From a virus: DNA of 64,000 nucleotides. The DNA is taken from positions 96,001-160,000 of the IMG/VR virus record IMGVR_UViG_3300028840_003271. The stretch is one strand, 5' to 3'. Below, one piece after another: positions 19,325 through 30,300 of the stretch. Below the pieces are notes generated by a model. It ran no database searches, had not been told where the DNA came from, and was given only the letters and a program-made list of their open reading frames with translations. A program made the position numbers and the translations under genes. Each line of letters begins with the position of its first letter. Position 1 is the first letter of the stretch.

Positions 19325-20309
19325 AATTATGTCTGGTCAATATTATTTGACTAGGTGTGGTTCTAAATATCTTATTAAACAACCCCCTCCTGCTTTACGA
19401 GCAAAAGCTCAGGTTTATTACGAAGAAATTTTGGATAAAAATAGGTTTTCAAATTGGATTACTCAACCACAGTGTCTTGCTAAATTAATTAATATGGGTG
19501 TTTTATCACCTACATATTCACAAGAATTATCCAACCTTAATAAAACTTTAGACAATCTTAAGCTCGATTTGTATCATAGTGGTTTTAATGAAAAAAAAAT
19601 GAAAAATTTAAAAAGATTAATTGGTCAAACTAAAAATAAACTTGAACGACTTTATAGTAATATGTCTTTATTAAGACCATTTACTTTAGAAGGCTATGCT
19701 TCTTTGTGTAGGCAGGAATTTTTGTGGTTAAATAGTGTTTACACATTAGACGACAGGCTTGTTTTTAATTCTTTAAATGTAGATTCAGCATTGGCTTATC
19801 GTATTTTTTCTTCTATTGCAGACCATACATTATCTATGGAACAATATCGTACAATTGCTAAACATCCAGAGTGGTATAATTATTGGAAAATTGTTCAAAT
19901 GAATTCAACTTTTCCCCTCTGTAAAGATTTAACAGAAGAACAAATTTATTTATTGAATTTTAGTAAAATGTATGATAGTGTTTATGAAAGTTATGATTGT
20001 CCATCAAGCGAAATAATTCAAGATGATGACATGTTAGATGGTTGGTTTGTTGAACAATCACGTAAGCGAGAAAAAGAAAAACGAGAAAGTATGGCTTCAA
20101 AATTAAGTGCAAAACATAGTAATGCTGATGAAATTTTTGTTGTAGCAAATTCTGAGCAGGATCGTCAAAGAATTGCTGCTATGAACAGTGCTGCTGCTAG
20201 AGCAACTAAACAAGAGAGAACTAGGTTATTAAAACAAAAAGGTGAAGCTAAGGATTCTGAATTATTACGAAACAAATTAAAGAGGAAAAATACATATGGA
20301 CGACCATGA
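19284..20309 (+). CDS. Hypothetical protein (tail assembly region)
   Basis: 341-aa ORF between tube and tape measure genes. Confidence 0.5.
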   Translation: MQDQQTLIPSLINRIMSGQYYLTRCGSKYLIKQPPPALRAKAQVYYEEILDKNRFSNWITQPQCLAKLINMGVLSPTYSQELSNLNKTLDNLKLDLYHSGFNEKKMKNLKRLIGQTKNKLERLYSNMSLLRPFTLEGYASLCRQEFLWLNSVYTLDDRLVFNSLNVDSALAYRIFSSIADHTLSMEQYRTIAKHPEWYNYWKIVQMNSTFPLCKDLTEEQIYLLNFSKMYDSVYESYDCPSSEIIQDDDMLDGWFVEQSRKREKEKRESMASKLSAKHSNADEIFVVANSEQDRQRIAAMNSAAARATKQERTRLLKQKGEAKDSELLRNKLKRKNTYGRP

Positions 20310-20682
20310 AACTTTACAAAGACGATATAATGCTTATAAAAAATTACAAGAAGATAGATATCTTGAAAGTTGTAAAAAGCGTCTGACTACTCTTATACAG
20401 AAAAAAATTCAAACAACAATGATTGGTGCTTTAGCAGAATTTGAACAATTGTTTGGATATTTATGGGGTATGGGTAAGGATGATATTGATTTAGACGAGG
20501 ATGAATTGAATTTTCGTCGTCAATGGGATAAGGCGAGAACAGAAATTTTAAACAATGGAAATAGTCAAATACGAGCATGTGTAGAAGAAATTGCTCAATA
20601 TACTATTAAATGGAACCGTTATCATACTGAATTTATTGTAAAACCTAAAGAAATGAAAGATAAAGAGGAAAAAAATGGATAA
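20296..20682 (+). CDS. Hypothetical protein (tail assembly region)
   Basis: 128 aa, SD GAGG, overlaps both neighbours. Confidence 0.5.
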   Translation: MDDHETLQRRYNAYKKLQEDRYLESCKKRLTTLIQKKIQTTMIGALAEFEQLFGYLWGMGKDDIDLDEDELNFRRQWDKARTEILNNGNSQIRACVEEIAQYTIKWNRYHTEFIVKPKEMKDKEEKNG

Positions 20683-21544
20683 CACAAAAGAACAGAAATT
20701 TGAGGAATTTAAAATTACTCTGGATGATAAAGAAGTGGAATTTCGAGTCAATCGACCAAGTTTGGCTGACCAACGAGAAGCAAATAAGGTTCGTAATAGA
20801 ACTTTTACTGAAATGTTAAAATCTGGTGCTCCATTACGCCGTGAGTTACAAAATGAGTTAAAAAAGAGAGGAACTTGGAATGATGTTGTAGATAAACAAT
20901 TGAACGAATTAATTGAAAAAATAAATAATGGTGAAAAAAGATTGGCTCAGGGTGGATTTGATTTAGACGATGCTAAAGAACTTGCTTTACAAATGCGACG
21001 TTGGAGGCGTCAACAACGAGAATTGTTATTTGAGTTAAGTGAGCTTACAGACGCTACTGTTGAGGGGCAATCTGATAATATGGCGTTTAATTATCTTGTT
21101 TCAGTATGTACGGTGTATAATATAGATGGAAAATGGAAAAAATATTTTAAAGATTTAGATGATTATTTGGAAAAAATTACGACAGAAGTTGCTTTTACAT
21201 CAGCAAGTAAGTTAGCAGTTTTAACACAGCAAATTAGTTATGAGACAGATGCAGATTTAGCAGAAAATAAATTTTTGGTAGATTTTGATTTTGCTGATGA
21301 AAATTTAAGATTGGTAAACGAGGATGGAAAATTGGTTGATGAAAATGGTAGTTTGGTTGATGAATTTGGTAGGTTGATAGATGAAGAAGGTAATTTAGTG
21401 GACGACGAAAAAACACCAATAACTGAAAGTGGAGATTTTAAGGTTGAAAATAAGGGATTTTTGAAAGGCGGAAAAGTTGTGTTTGGAAAATCTCATAAAG
21501 AAAAAGTAGAAAAAGTAGAAAAAACCAAAAAAGAAAAAGATTAA
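20675..21544 (+). CDS. Probable tail assembly chaperone
   Basis: Directly upstream of the tape measure gene; acidic/helical; five L(V/I)(N/D)xxG heptad repeats. Confidence 0.5.
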   Translation: MDNTKEQKFEEFKITLDDKEVEFRVNRPSLADQREANKVRNRTFTEMLKSGAPLRRELQNELKKRGTWNDVVDKQLNELIEKINNGEKRLAQGGFDLDDAKELALQMRRWRRQQRELLFELSELTDATVEGQSDNMAFNYLVSVCTVYNIDGKWKKYFKDLDDYLEKITTEVAFTSASKLAVLTQQISYETDADLAENKFLVDFDFADENLRLVNEDGKLVDENGSLVDEFGRLIDEEGNLVDDEKTPITESGDFKVENKGFLKGGKVVFGKSHKEKVEKVEKTKKEKD

Positions 21545-21555
21545 TAAACGGATAG

Positions 21556-21621
21556 GCGTGTTCGGATAGTGTTATTTTTATAATAATTTTACGGACACGC
21601 TATATTTATATATTTTTTTTT
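21556..21621 (+). terminator. Intergenic stem-loop/terminator before the tape measure gene
   Basis: GCGTGTTCG...CGGACACGC arms around an AT-rich inner stem, then a T-rich tract. Confidence 0.45.
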
Positions 21622-21643
21622 CTCAATAAAAATTTAAGATAAA

Positions 21644-24600
21644 ATGGCTGAAGCATTTCAATTAACGGCACAGGTGGTTCTTAAAGGACCAGATGTAAAT
21701 AAATTAAAGGGAGATTTGGAAAGAAAACTTAAAGGTAAGTTGGTATATCCTATTCGATTTAAATTGCCCGCCGCTGCTGATTTGAGAAAAGCTATAAAAA
21801 AGAAGTTGGGTTCTCTTCAGTATAATGTTCGACTAACCTTTCCTAAAAATGTAAAAACAGATGTTGATGCTGTTACCGGCAGTTTTGAAAAATTAACAAA
21901 GCAAATTAGTAATACTGCTTTGACTAAAGACAAGTTTATAAATAACTTAAAGACTCTTCAGAAGAATCTTAATTTAACTGTTCGTCAACAACAAAAAGCT
22001 ACGACATCTACGCAGAAAAACGCAAAATCTATGAAGGAGGGTGAAAAGGCCGCTCAAAGTTTTGCTCATGGCATTTTTCTTGCAGGTTCTCGTTATGCGA
22101 AATTCGTAATTGCTACTGGTGGTGCTGTTATTGCATTACGAGAATTAAAGGAGGGGTTGTCTCAAGCAGTAGAATTTGAAAGATCATTATTAAGAGTTGC
22201 TCAAGTTGGTGGGGTTTCACTAAAAACTATTCGTGGATTAGGAAGTGAAATTCGTGACGTTGCTATTCAATATGGTGTGGCTGGTCAAGAATTAGCTGAA
22301 ATTGGTTTGATTTTAAAACAATCTGGTTTTTCAATGGAAAAGGTTGGTCAGCTTCTTCCTGTTTTTGCTAAGGCTAAATTGTCTCCAACTATTTCAAATC
22401 TACAAGACGTAGCTAATGCTGTTATTTTGTTACAAAGATTTGGTCAGACAGATGTGGGTGAATTAGAGCGAAGTTTGTCTGCAATTAACACTATTGCTGG
22501 ACAGTTTCCGGTTGAAGCTCAAGACCTGATTACTGGACTATCTCGTGCTGGTGGTGCATTTTTAAACACGAGTGATAGGGTGAGAGAACTTTTATCTCTA
22601 CTTGGAACTCTTCGGGCCACTACTCGTGAAAGTGCTCAGGCTTTGGGTGTTTCTTTACGTACTGTTATTACTCGACTACAAAGATTAAGGTCTATTCAAA
22701 CCGCTCGTAAGTTAGGTGTGGAATTTGTTGAAGGTGGGCAATTTGTTGGTGTTTTTGAAGCGTTTAAACGGTTGTCAGAAGCTCAGAAGCGTTTTCAAGG
22801 TCGTGGACAGAATCTTTTCTTTACTCAACAATTAGAGCAAATTGTAGGTTTAAGACAAGTTTCTCGAATGTCATCGCTTATTCAAAATATGGCGATGGCT
22901 CAAGAAATGTTAATTGCTTCACAAAAAGAAGGTAATACTCTTGCTAAAGATGCTGCGACTGCTCAAGAGGCTTTAGCTGTTCAATTAACAAAGGTTCGTG
23001 AACGGTTGTCGAAGGTTTTTGATGAATTTTTGGCTAGTGATAGGGTGAGAGAATTCACACGAAGTATTATTGATGGTGGTAATGCTTTAATTAGTTTTGT
23101 TTCTAAGTTAGATAATGTTGCTGGTAGTTTAGCTGATGTTGCTCCACTATTGGCTGTTTTGTTTGCTAGTAATAGATTAGGTGGATTTATTCAGGCTGGT
23201 AAATTGCCTGGTGGTAAGTTACCAAGTGCTTCTGCAAATTGGGCTGGAGTTGGTGGTAAAACTGGATTTTTTAAAAATACAGTTAAAACTTTTGGTCCTC
23301 GTGTAGACACTCCTCGTAATTTGAGACTTTCACAGCCTTTGATGGGTCATATGGGTATGAGTTTTGTAAATCAACCTCGTATTTTACAACGTCGTTTTAC
23401 ACCTTGGCGTGGTATAAAAGGTTTAGCTGGTAGAATGGGAGAAGGTTTAGGTCAAGCAGGACAGGCTTTAGGTCGGTTAGGTCCAGGAGCAATGGTTGGT
23501 GGTGCTGTTGGTGCTCAAGTAATTGCTCAACAATTTGAAAAATTAGAACATCCGATTGCTCATGGTATTTTAACTGGAGTTACGAATGGATTGTTGGTAG
23601 GCATGGTGAATCCATTAGCTGGAGCTGCCGTTGGTGTAACTTCAGCTTTTAATGAGTTAATTGATACTCTTGCTGATAAAGACATTGCTAAATTATTTGC
23701 TGGTATGGAGCAAGAGTTAATTAACTTTAAATTTGGATTACGTGAAGCTGGTGGTAGCAAGGAAGAAATTAGAAATCTTGTTTTAGGTCGTATTAGAAGT
23801 ATTCGAACTCGTTTGGGTCGTGCTGAAAGTTTTGAACCAAGTACAGCATCTTTTGTAAAAGCCTATCGTCAGAGTGGTGGGTGGGCAAGAAAATGGTTAA
23901 CTCCAATACAAATGATTAATGAATTTGCAAGAGGTGAAGGCGGAGGTATTAGTAGAGATATTAGACAACAAATTAGATTGCAGGCAAGGGAGAAGATAGT
24001 GGGACAAACATTATCTACTCCAGAGGGTCGTCAATTATTAACGGAAACCCGTGACACTTTTGCTACTTTGTTTAAGAGTTTTAAAGAATTTGAAGCTGAT
24101 GAACTTGGTAGTCAATTAATTTCATTAGCTGTAGAAGCTGGTATTAATGAACAAGCGTTTATTAAAAATACTAAAGAAATTATTGCTAATGCACAAACAG
24201 TACGAGATAATACTAAAATACTACAAACTTCACAACAGTTTTTATCTGCTGGAACTTTTGCTTTACGTAGTCGTTTAAATAGACAACCTAGATTAAGAGA
24301 TATTACTAATCCACAAGGTTCTACAGCAGCGTTGTTTGGTAATGTTGGTAATACTTCTCAAATACGTGAGGGTTTAAATAGATTAGGAGTTAATAGAGGA
24401 CAGAGAAGCTGGGGTATAGGTATTTCTAGTGTAATACAAGGTTTGACAGCCAGAGGAACTGTTGGAGACGATGTAACAAATGCAAATATTCAAAAAGATA
24501 TATCTAATCGACTTATAAATAGTTTATATCTTGAAGGAATCGATAAAGAAGTTCGTGAATCTTTAAATTCTTTAGTAACGGAAGCATTTGAGGGTGCGTC

Positions 24601-25750
24601 TTCAATGGAAAATGTTATAAAGAAATTTGAAACTTTAACTTCTGGTAGAATTGAGGCTTTAAGAAAAACAGCACAACGAGAGGATGAAGAACGACAAAAT
24701 ATTATTCGTAATTTACGTAGTTATTATTCACAAGCACAAACAACAAGAGGAGCTATTTCTGCTGCTCGTGGAGCTGAATTTGCTTTAGAAGAAACACGAA
24801 GTAGATTTGCTAATCGGTTTGCATTGCCTAAAATGGGATTTAGAGGTGTAGATGTTGGTAATATAGACGATATTATTATGCAATTACGACGAGTGACTGC
24901 TGAATATGTGAGAACACAAGATCAAGAACTTCTTCCAGTAGTGGATGATTTGAAAAATAGGTTAAGACTTTTAGCAGATACATCTACACGATTAAAAAAT
25001 GCTCAAGAAATATTATCTAAACTTGAAGAGAGGAGACAGGCTCGATTGTCGTTACGAGGAAGCTATTTTGGTGCTGATATTCAACAACGACAGCAAATGT
25101 TAAGAAATGCTATGATGGCAAGGTTGGCTGTGAAAGTTGGCGATTTAAGAAAATTGAGTCCGTGGCAACAACAAGGAGCAATGAGAGGATTTCAATCTTT
25201 GGGTAATATACAAAATCTATTTGGAACAGGTAAATCACGAGATCAATTATTAGATGAACTTTTGTCTAAATCTGGTGGAAGATTACCAGAGGATATGCAA
25301 ATTAAAAGAGCACAAGAAAAAGTGTTGGCGGCTATGACTGAGGCTGCTAAAGCACAACGAGAATTGGCCGAACAAGAAAAACAAATGCAAGCACTCTTTT
25401 TTAATAATTTAGCACAACAACATGGAAGTTTTTTACAACGGCTTGAAGCAATTTTGAAAGGTTTTGGAGGAGGAAAAGTAGCAGGTAATGGACCGTTTGT
25501 ACCTGAAAATGTTCAGCATAAATTTAATGGTCAGGTAGCCGTAAACATAAATGGTCATCAAGTAATGGGTGAATTACAGGATGCTATTGGAGATATTGTG
25601 AATAAGGCTGTAGCTCAAGCGGTAAAAGATACGGTTAATCCCGTTACTGGAGAAACGAAAGAGCAAAATCCAGTAGGTAATTGGCGTGGTCATAGATCTA
25701 GACCGTGGTGGGAATTACAACCACACACAACGTGGAAACCAAACGTGTAG
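21644..25750 (+). CDS. Tail tape measure protein
   Basis: 1368 aa, helical A/L/Q-rich; TP901-type core ('AVEFERSL.RVAQV', 'LKQSGF', 'ESAQALGVSLRTVITRLQ'). Confidence 0.85.
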   Translation: MAEAFQLTAQVVLKGPDVNKLKGDLERKLKGKLVYPIRFKLPAAADLRKAIKKKLGSLQYNVRLTFPKNVKTDVDAVTGSFEKLTKQISNTALTKDKFINNLKTLQKNLNLTVRQQQKATTSTQKNAKSMKEGEKAAQSFAHGIFLAGSRYAKFVIATGGAVIALRELKEGLSQAVEFERSLLRVAQVGGVSLKTIRGLGSEIRDVAIQYGVAGQELAEIGLILKQSGFSMEKVGQLLPVFAKAKLSPTISNLQDVANAVILLQRFGQTDVGELERSLSAINTIAGQFPVEAQDLITGLSRAGGAFLNTSDRVRELLSLLGTLRATTRESAQALGVSLRTVITRLQRLRSIQTARKLGVEFVEGGQFVGVFEAFKRLSEAQKRFQGRGQNLFFTQQLEQIVGLRQVSRMSSLIQNMAMAQEMLIASQKEGNTLAKDAATAQEALAVQLTKVRERLSKVFDEFLASDRVREFTRSIIDGGNALISFVSKLDNVAGSLADVAPLLAVLFASNRLGGFIQAGKLPGGKLPSASANWAGVGGKTGFFKNTVKTFGPRVDTPRNLRLSQPLMGHMGMSFVNQPRILQRRFTPWRGIKGLAGRMGEGLGQAGQALGRLGPGAMVGGAVGAQVIAQQFEKLEHPIAHGILTGVTNGLLVGMVNPLAGAAVGVTSAFNELIDTLADKDIAKLFAGMEQELINFKFGLREAGGSKEEIRNLVLGRIRSIRTRLGRAESFEPSTASFVKAYRQSGGWARKWLTPIQMINEFARGEGGGISRDIRQQIRLQAREKIVGQTLSTPEGRQLLTETRDTFATLFKSFKEFEADELGSQLISLAVEAGINEQAFIKNTKEIIANAQTVRDNTKILQTSQQFLSAGTFALRSRLNRQPRLRDITNPQGSTAALFGNVGNTSQIREGLNRLGVNRGQRSWGIGISSVIQGLTARGTVGDDVTNANIQKDISNRLINSLYLEGIDKEVRESLNSLVTEAFEGASSMENVIKKFETLTSGRIEALRKTAQREDEERQNIIRNLRSYYSQAQTTRGAISAARGAEFALEETRSRFANRFALPKMGFRGVDVGNIDDIIMQLRRVTAEYVRTQDQELLPVVDDLKNRLRLLADTSTRLKNAQEILSKLEERRQARLSLRGSYFGADIQQRQQMLRNAMMARLAVKVGDLRKLSPWQQQGAMRGFQSLGNIQNLFGTGKSRDQLLDELLSKSGGRLPEDMQIKRAQEKVLAAMTEAAKAQRELAEQEKQMQALFFNNLAQQHGSFLQRLEAILKGFGGGKVAGNGPFVPENVQHKFNGQVAVNINGHQVMGELQDAIGDIVNKAVAQAVKDTVNPVTGETKEQNPVGNWRGHRSRPWWELQPHTTWKPNV

Positions 25751-25759
25751 GATAATTTA

Positions 25760-27280
25760 ATGTCTACTACAATGACGTATGGAACTTATAGTTTTTCACC
25801 AGTTCCTATGGTGAATATTGCTAAAGTATATCATAAAACAGAAGATGGAACTCAAATTGGAACGACATTTAATATGGATTTGAATGGAGTGTTGACTCCA
25901 TTACCTACTGGTACGGCTGGTATTACTGAAACCATGCATTATATGGATGTTTTAAGACATGCTTTTGCTACTGATGGATGCCCGTTTGTAATTTCTTGTA
26001 ATGACGATGTTTTGTGGAGTGGAAATCCAAGAGTAAATGATATTAGTTTTGAAGAGAATGGAAATAATTGGGTGAACACAATTGATTATACGGTTTCTTT
26101 AAGCTTTGATACTGAAGACAGTGAAGAAGACGACAGTTTAGCACCTCCACATATTGAAAACGCAAGTGAGACGTGGAGTGTAGAGTTTGCCGATGGAATT
26201 AATCGGTTTTCTATTGATTTACCTACTGCTGGTGTAGATGCTAGTCCATATGTTTTAAATATGTCCCATACCATTAGTGCTAAAGGTAAAAAACACTTTA
26301 TTAGTTGTAATACTACAGATAAAGAACCGTGGGAATATGCTCGACAATATGTAATAACAAAATTAAGTACTGGAGCTGATTCAGCTTTTAATACACAATT
26401 GGAGGGATCGGGCGTTATCAATCTTCGCTATGATCTTTATTCCTCCTATAATCATATGAGAGTTCAAAATACAGATAAATTGGGTGGGTCTTATTCTGTA
26501 ACAGAAAATTGGTTAGTAATGAATACTGGTTTAGGTATTCCTGGAAACAGTTTAGAAGATTTTACAATAAATGTAGATAAAAGACATGATTCAGCTTTTA
26601 CTACTGTTACGGTTGATGGTACAATTCGTGGAGTGGAAACAAGGTCATATGGTTCAGATCCACGAGATTTTACAACTACTGAAACAAAATATGATGCAGC
26701 TTCGGGATATTGGAATACGGTTAAGGATCGTATTTTTTATCGAGCACAACTTATTCATCGAGATCAAAATGCTGGTGAGATTAATGTTTTATCTTTAAAT
26801 ACAGATACGGTGTCGGAAAGAGTAGGTCATAGTCCATCTCAGGGTGTAATTACATATAGTTATACTTATAATAATCGACCGTCGAATTGTATTACTGGTG
26901 CTTTAACTGAAAATATTAGTATTGTAGACAACAATCCCGCTGATGTTTTTGCTTCGGTTATGGTATTGGGTCGTGCTAATGGACCTGTGCTTCAGAATCT
27001 TAATACTCAAACTGTTGCTTCAAGAGAAATTTCTATAGAATTGTTATGTCGTCCTTCTACAGCTTGTACGGCAGTGGATTTACGAGTACCTAGTCATTTT
27101 GTACAAGACGATGTTCGGCATTTATTGTGTGAATTTCAAAATGATCTAACAGATAATTACGATCAAGTATTTAAAACAGCAGATTCGGAATCGTGGAATC
27201 CAAAAACTGGTCAATATTCACGTCGAGTGGGCTATACATATCAAAGTTGTACTGCTATGAGTGGAACTACAGTCTGCTAG
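25760..27280 (+). CDS. Distal tail/baseplate protein
   Basis: 506-aa beta-rich protein immediately after the tape measure gene. Confidence 0.55.
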   Translation: MSTTMTYGTYSFSPVPMVNIAKVYHKTEDGTQIGTTFNMDLNGVLTPLPTGTAGITETMHYMDVLRHAFATDGCPFVISCNDDVLWSGNPRVNDISFEENGNNWVNTIDYTVSLSFDTEDSEEDDSLAPPHIENASETWSVEFADGINRFSIDLPTAGVDASPYVLNMSHTISAKGKKHFISCNTTDKEPWEYARQYVITKLSTGADSAFNTQLEGSGVINLRYDLYSSYNHMRVQNTDKLGGSYSVTENWLVMNTGLGIPGNSLEDFTINVDKRHDSAFTTVTVDGTIRGVETRSYGSDPRDFTTTETKYDAASGYWNTVKDRIFYRAQLIHRDQNAGEINVLSLNTDTVSERVGHSPSQGVITYSYTYNNRPSNCITGALTENISIVDNNPADVFASVMVLGRANGPVLQNLNTQTVASREISIELLCRPSTACTAVDLRVPSHFVQDDVRHLLCEFQNDLTDNYDQVFKTADSESWNPKTGQYSRRVGYTYQSCTAMSGTTVC

Positions 27281-27302
27281 GAAAATTAATGAGGAAAAAA
27301 AT

Positions 27303-30300
27303 ATGGGTAATCAAGTAAGTCGAGGAAGTTTCTGGGACGCTCAAAGTTTTGCAAATTGGGCAGGACTTACCAGTAATGAATGGAATTTACTCAAAGCAGA
27401 TAACTGTCTTCCCACATCTGTTTTCGGTCCTTTTCCTCAATCTTTATTTTTAGGATGTAGTGTTTCTAATTTTTCATGTTCTGTTGGTTGGAATGAGCAA
27501 GTTAGTGAATTAACAGTTAATCTTGTTCAAGATCCTTGTGAAGGTACAAAAGTATATTGGGATGATAAGCTTTTTATTCGTGTGTTAACCGGAGCTGATC
27601 CTGGTTTTATTGGTGAGTCTATTGATATTATTGGGTCACCTGCTTATTTTCGCGTAGGTAATTTTGAATATACTGGAATAATTCAGTCTTGGGAAAAGAT
27701 TTCAAGTTCAAGTATTTATCCTGGATACACTGTTAAATTGGTTGATCCACGAGATATTTTAAGAGGAACGCAAATTATTATTGGTGAATATGCTGGTGGA
27801 ATTGGATGTACTGGATTTGCTACCGGTATGGGTCCGTATAACTTATTTAATGTTTACGGTTATCTTGAGTCTTTAGGTTCATCGTGTCCTCAACGCTCTT
27901 TGACTACTCTTACTGCTGGTAATCCTTATCCTAATAATACAGATTATGTAACGAGCAATAGTGGTCCAGACGGGTCGATGTTTGGAGCACCAGCTAATGG
28001 ATTTGGTGGTGCTGGAGTAAATAATAATGGAATGAGTTGGAATAATATTTTAAGTGGGGTTAATTCTCTTGTAAATAAAGTTCCGTGCGTGTCTAATGTT
28101 TTTTCTCCTCATGGAAGGGTTTTGTTTCGTGCAACAAATAGTTCTTTTGGATATGGACTTCTTCCTGGAGATCGTTTAGATGTATTGGGTCCATTTACGA
28201 GTTTGGCAAGTTCGAGATGGTTGGCTGAGTATTTTATAGATTTATCTGAAATTCCCATTACTCCTACATATTGGAGATTAAGTGGAAGCAATACTTCATT
28301 ACTTGATGTTATTACTCAAGTTTGTGAAGATGCTGGATATGATTATTATATTGAATTAATTCCGGTAAGGGGGGTGTCGTCTTTAGTTGCTCCAAGTGGA
28401 ACTGCAAAATTTATTAAAATTAGAACCGTTAAAAGACTATTACAACCCGTATTAGGACAATTAGCCAATTTTATTGATAGTTCTGAAGGTGTGGTGAGTA
28501 AAAGAGTAGGTACTGAGCTTCGTAACGAGCCGACTACTTCATTTTTGATTGGAGGTAAAAAGAACACATATTATCAAATTGAAGAAGAAGATGTTAGTGG
28601 TGATGATGCTGAAGGAAATAATTTTAGTGACAATACTATTATTCCGTATTTTGGAGTGGATAGTAATGAAGATGTAATTATACCTACTAAAGTTGAGGGT
28701 GGAGATGGAACTTTATGGTGGCATTTTGATGCTGATGCAACTTTTCTTGATGAGACCTTACAGAGTATTGATATTTCAGCAACGTTAGGTAGTTTAACCG
28801 TGAATATTGGAGAGAGGGAGCTTCAAGCTGCTTTGGGTGGATTTGATTCGTGGGTAATGTATGTTGATACGATGGAAACTGATACTGGACAAGTGTTGAA
28901 TGATAATGATATTGGAGCAATGTGGGATTGGGATAAATTTGAGGCTTTTGTTAATGGAGAAGATGCAGATAAATTATTTGCTCCTGATATGATTAATCAA
29001 GCATTTGCTGCAAATCCATTTTGTGGTTTGGCAAATGATGATGAAGGTACGAAACTTATGGAAGATGCCCAAGCTATTTTTGATTGGGTATATCAATTTG
29101 CAACTGAATTTTATGGAAAACAGTATCAGGTAAGAGTGCCATATGTTTGTGCAAGAGTGGATAGTGAAAGTGGACAAATTCTTACGAGCGAATCTCCTAC
29201 GTCTACAGGATGGACCGACCAAACTTATATTTTAGGAATGGTTAATGGTTCGACTATTCATAGTTATTTTCAAGATGAAGACGGTCGAACTTTGGCAATG
29301 GTTCGTATGGATGATTTAGATATACTTAATGTGTCCCAACTTGATCCAGATGATTTTGCTGTTTTGGGTGATAGTTATTTTATCAAATGTGATGTTGCAG
29401 ACGAATATGTTTATACCGATAAATCTACACGAACAAGTCCACGAGGAGTAATTTCATTACCCGCACCAGTATTTGAGATTTTGAGTTCTGCACAGCCCGC
29501 TCAAAGTAATTCTCTTATGGAAAGACTGGTAATCGAAAAAATTGATGCTGGAAAACAGGCCGATGCTAATGCTGCTTTAGCTGAAATGCAAAAAAATATT
29601 GGTAATAAAGAAATTTTTGCTCCTATGGCTTTTCCATTTCATATGCCTGATGCTGCTGGATTTGGAGTACAAAGTGACGTTTTAACGTATGGACCTTGGG
29701 TAACAATGGGGCCTGCTGGAACAGTAAGAGTAGACCATGATCCAGGGCTTGTGCCTTGGGAATATGGTGGTGTAACGACAATGAATTTGGCTGGAATGTC
29801 TAAAGCAAATGCTGGTATTACTTATCAACAAGTAAGTGAAAAAGGTAATATTGTGATGCCGGGACATCCAATACTTCCATTGGGTGCTGAAATTGGAGCT
29901 ATTGGAGGTAATTTTTATGGTACGGCCGGTGTTCATTTAGTTGAAAATCGAACAACAGGATCAGCAGGTAATATAACTGTTGGTATTGGAGGATGGGTTG
30001 GAACATACGGACCAAATGTAACAAGTATTGATGTAAGCGTTGGTAGTGATGGTATTGAAACTACTTATGATTTTCGTACACACACTCCTAAATTTGGAAA
30101 CTTTGCTAAATATAATGCTAATCGATTAAGAGAAATTGGAAAACATCGATTAAGATTCAATCGTGATTTAAGAGCTTTGCAATTTAGATTACGAAGTCGA
30201 AAAGTTTTACACGATTTAAGAAAGAATCCTAAACAATTTCAATTTATTGGTAGTGGTCCAAATGTAAGTAAAGTTGTAGATCATAAAACGTGTCCACACC

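Noticed and set aside
19112-21644. Programmed tail-chaperone frameshift (lambda G/GT type)
   Set aside because: Each ORF has its own plausible start, and I found no convincing slippery site joining a chaperone to a downstream frame.
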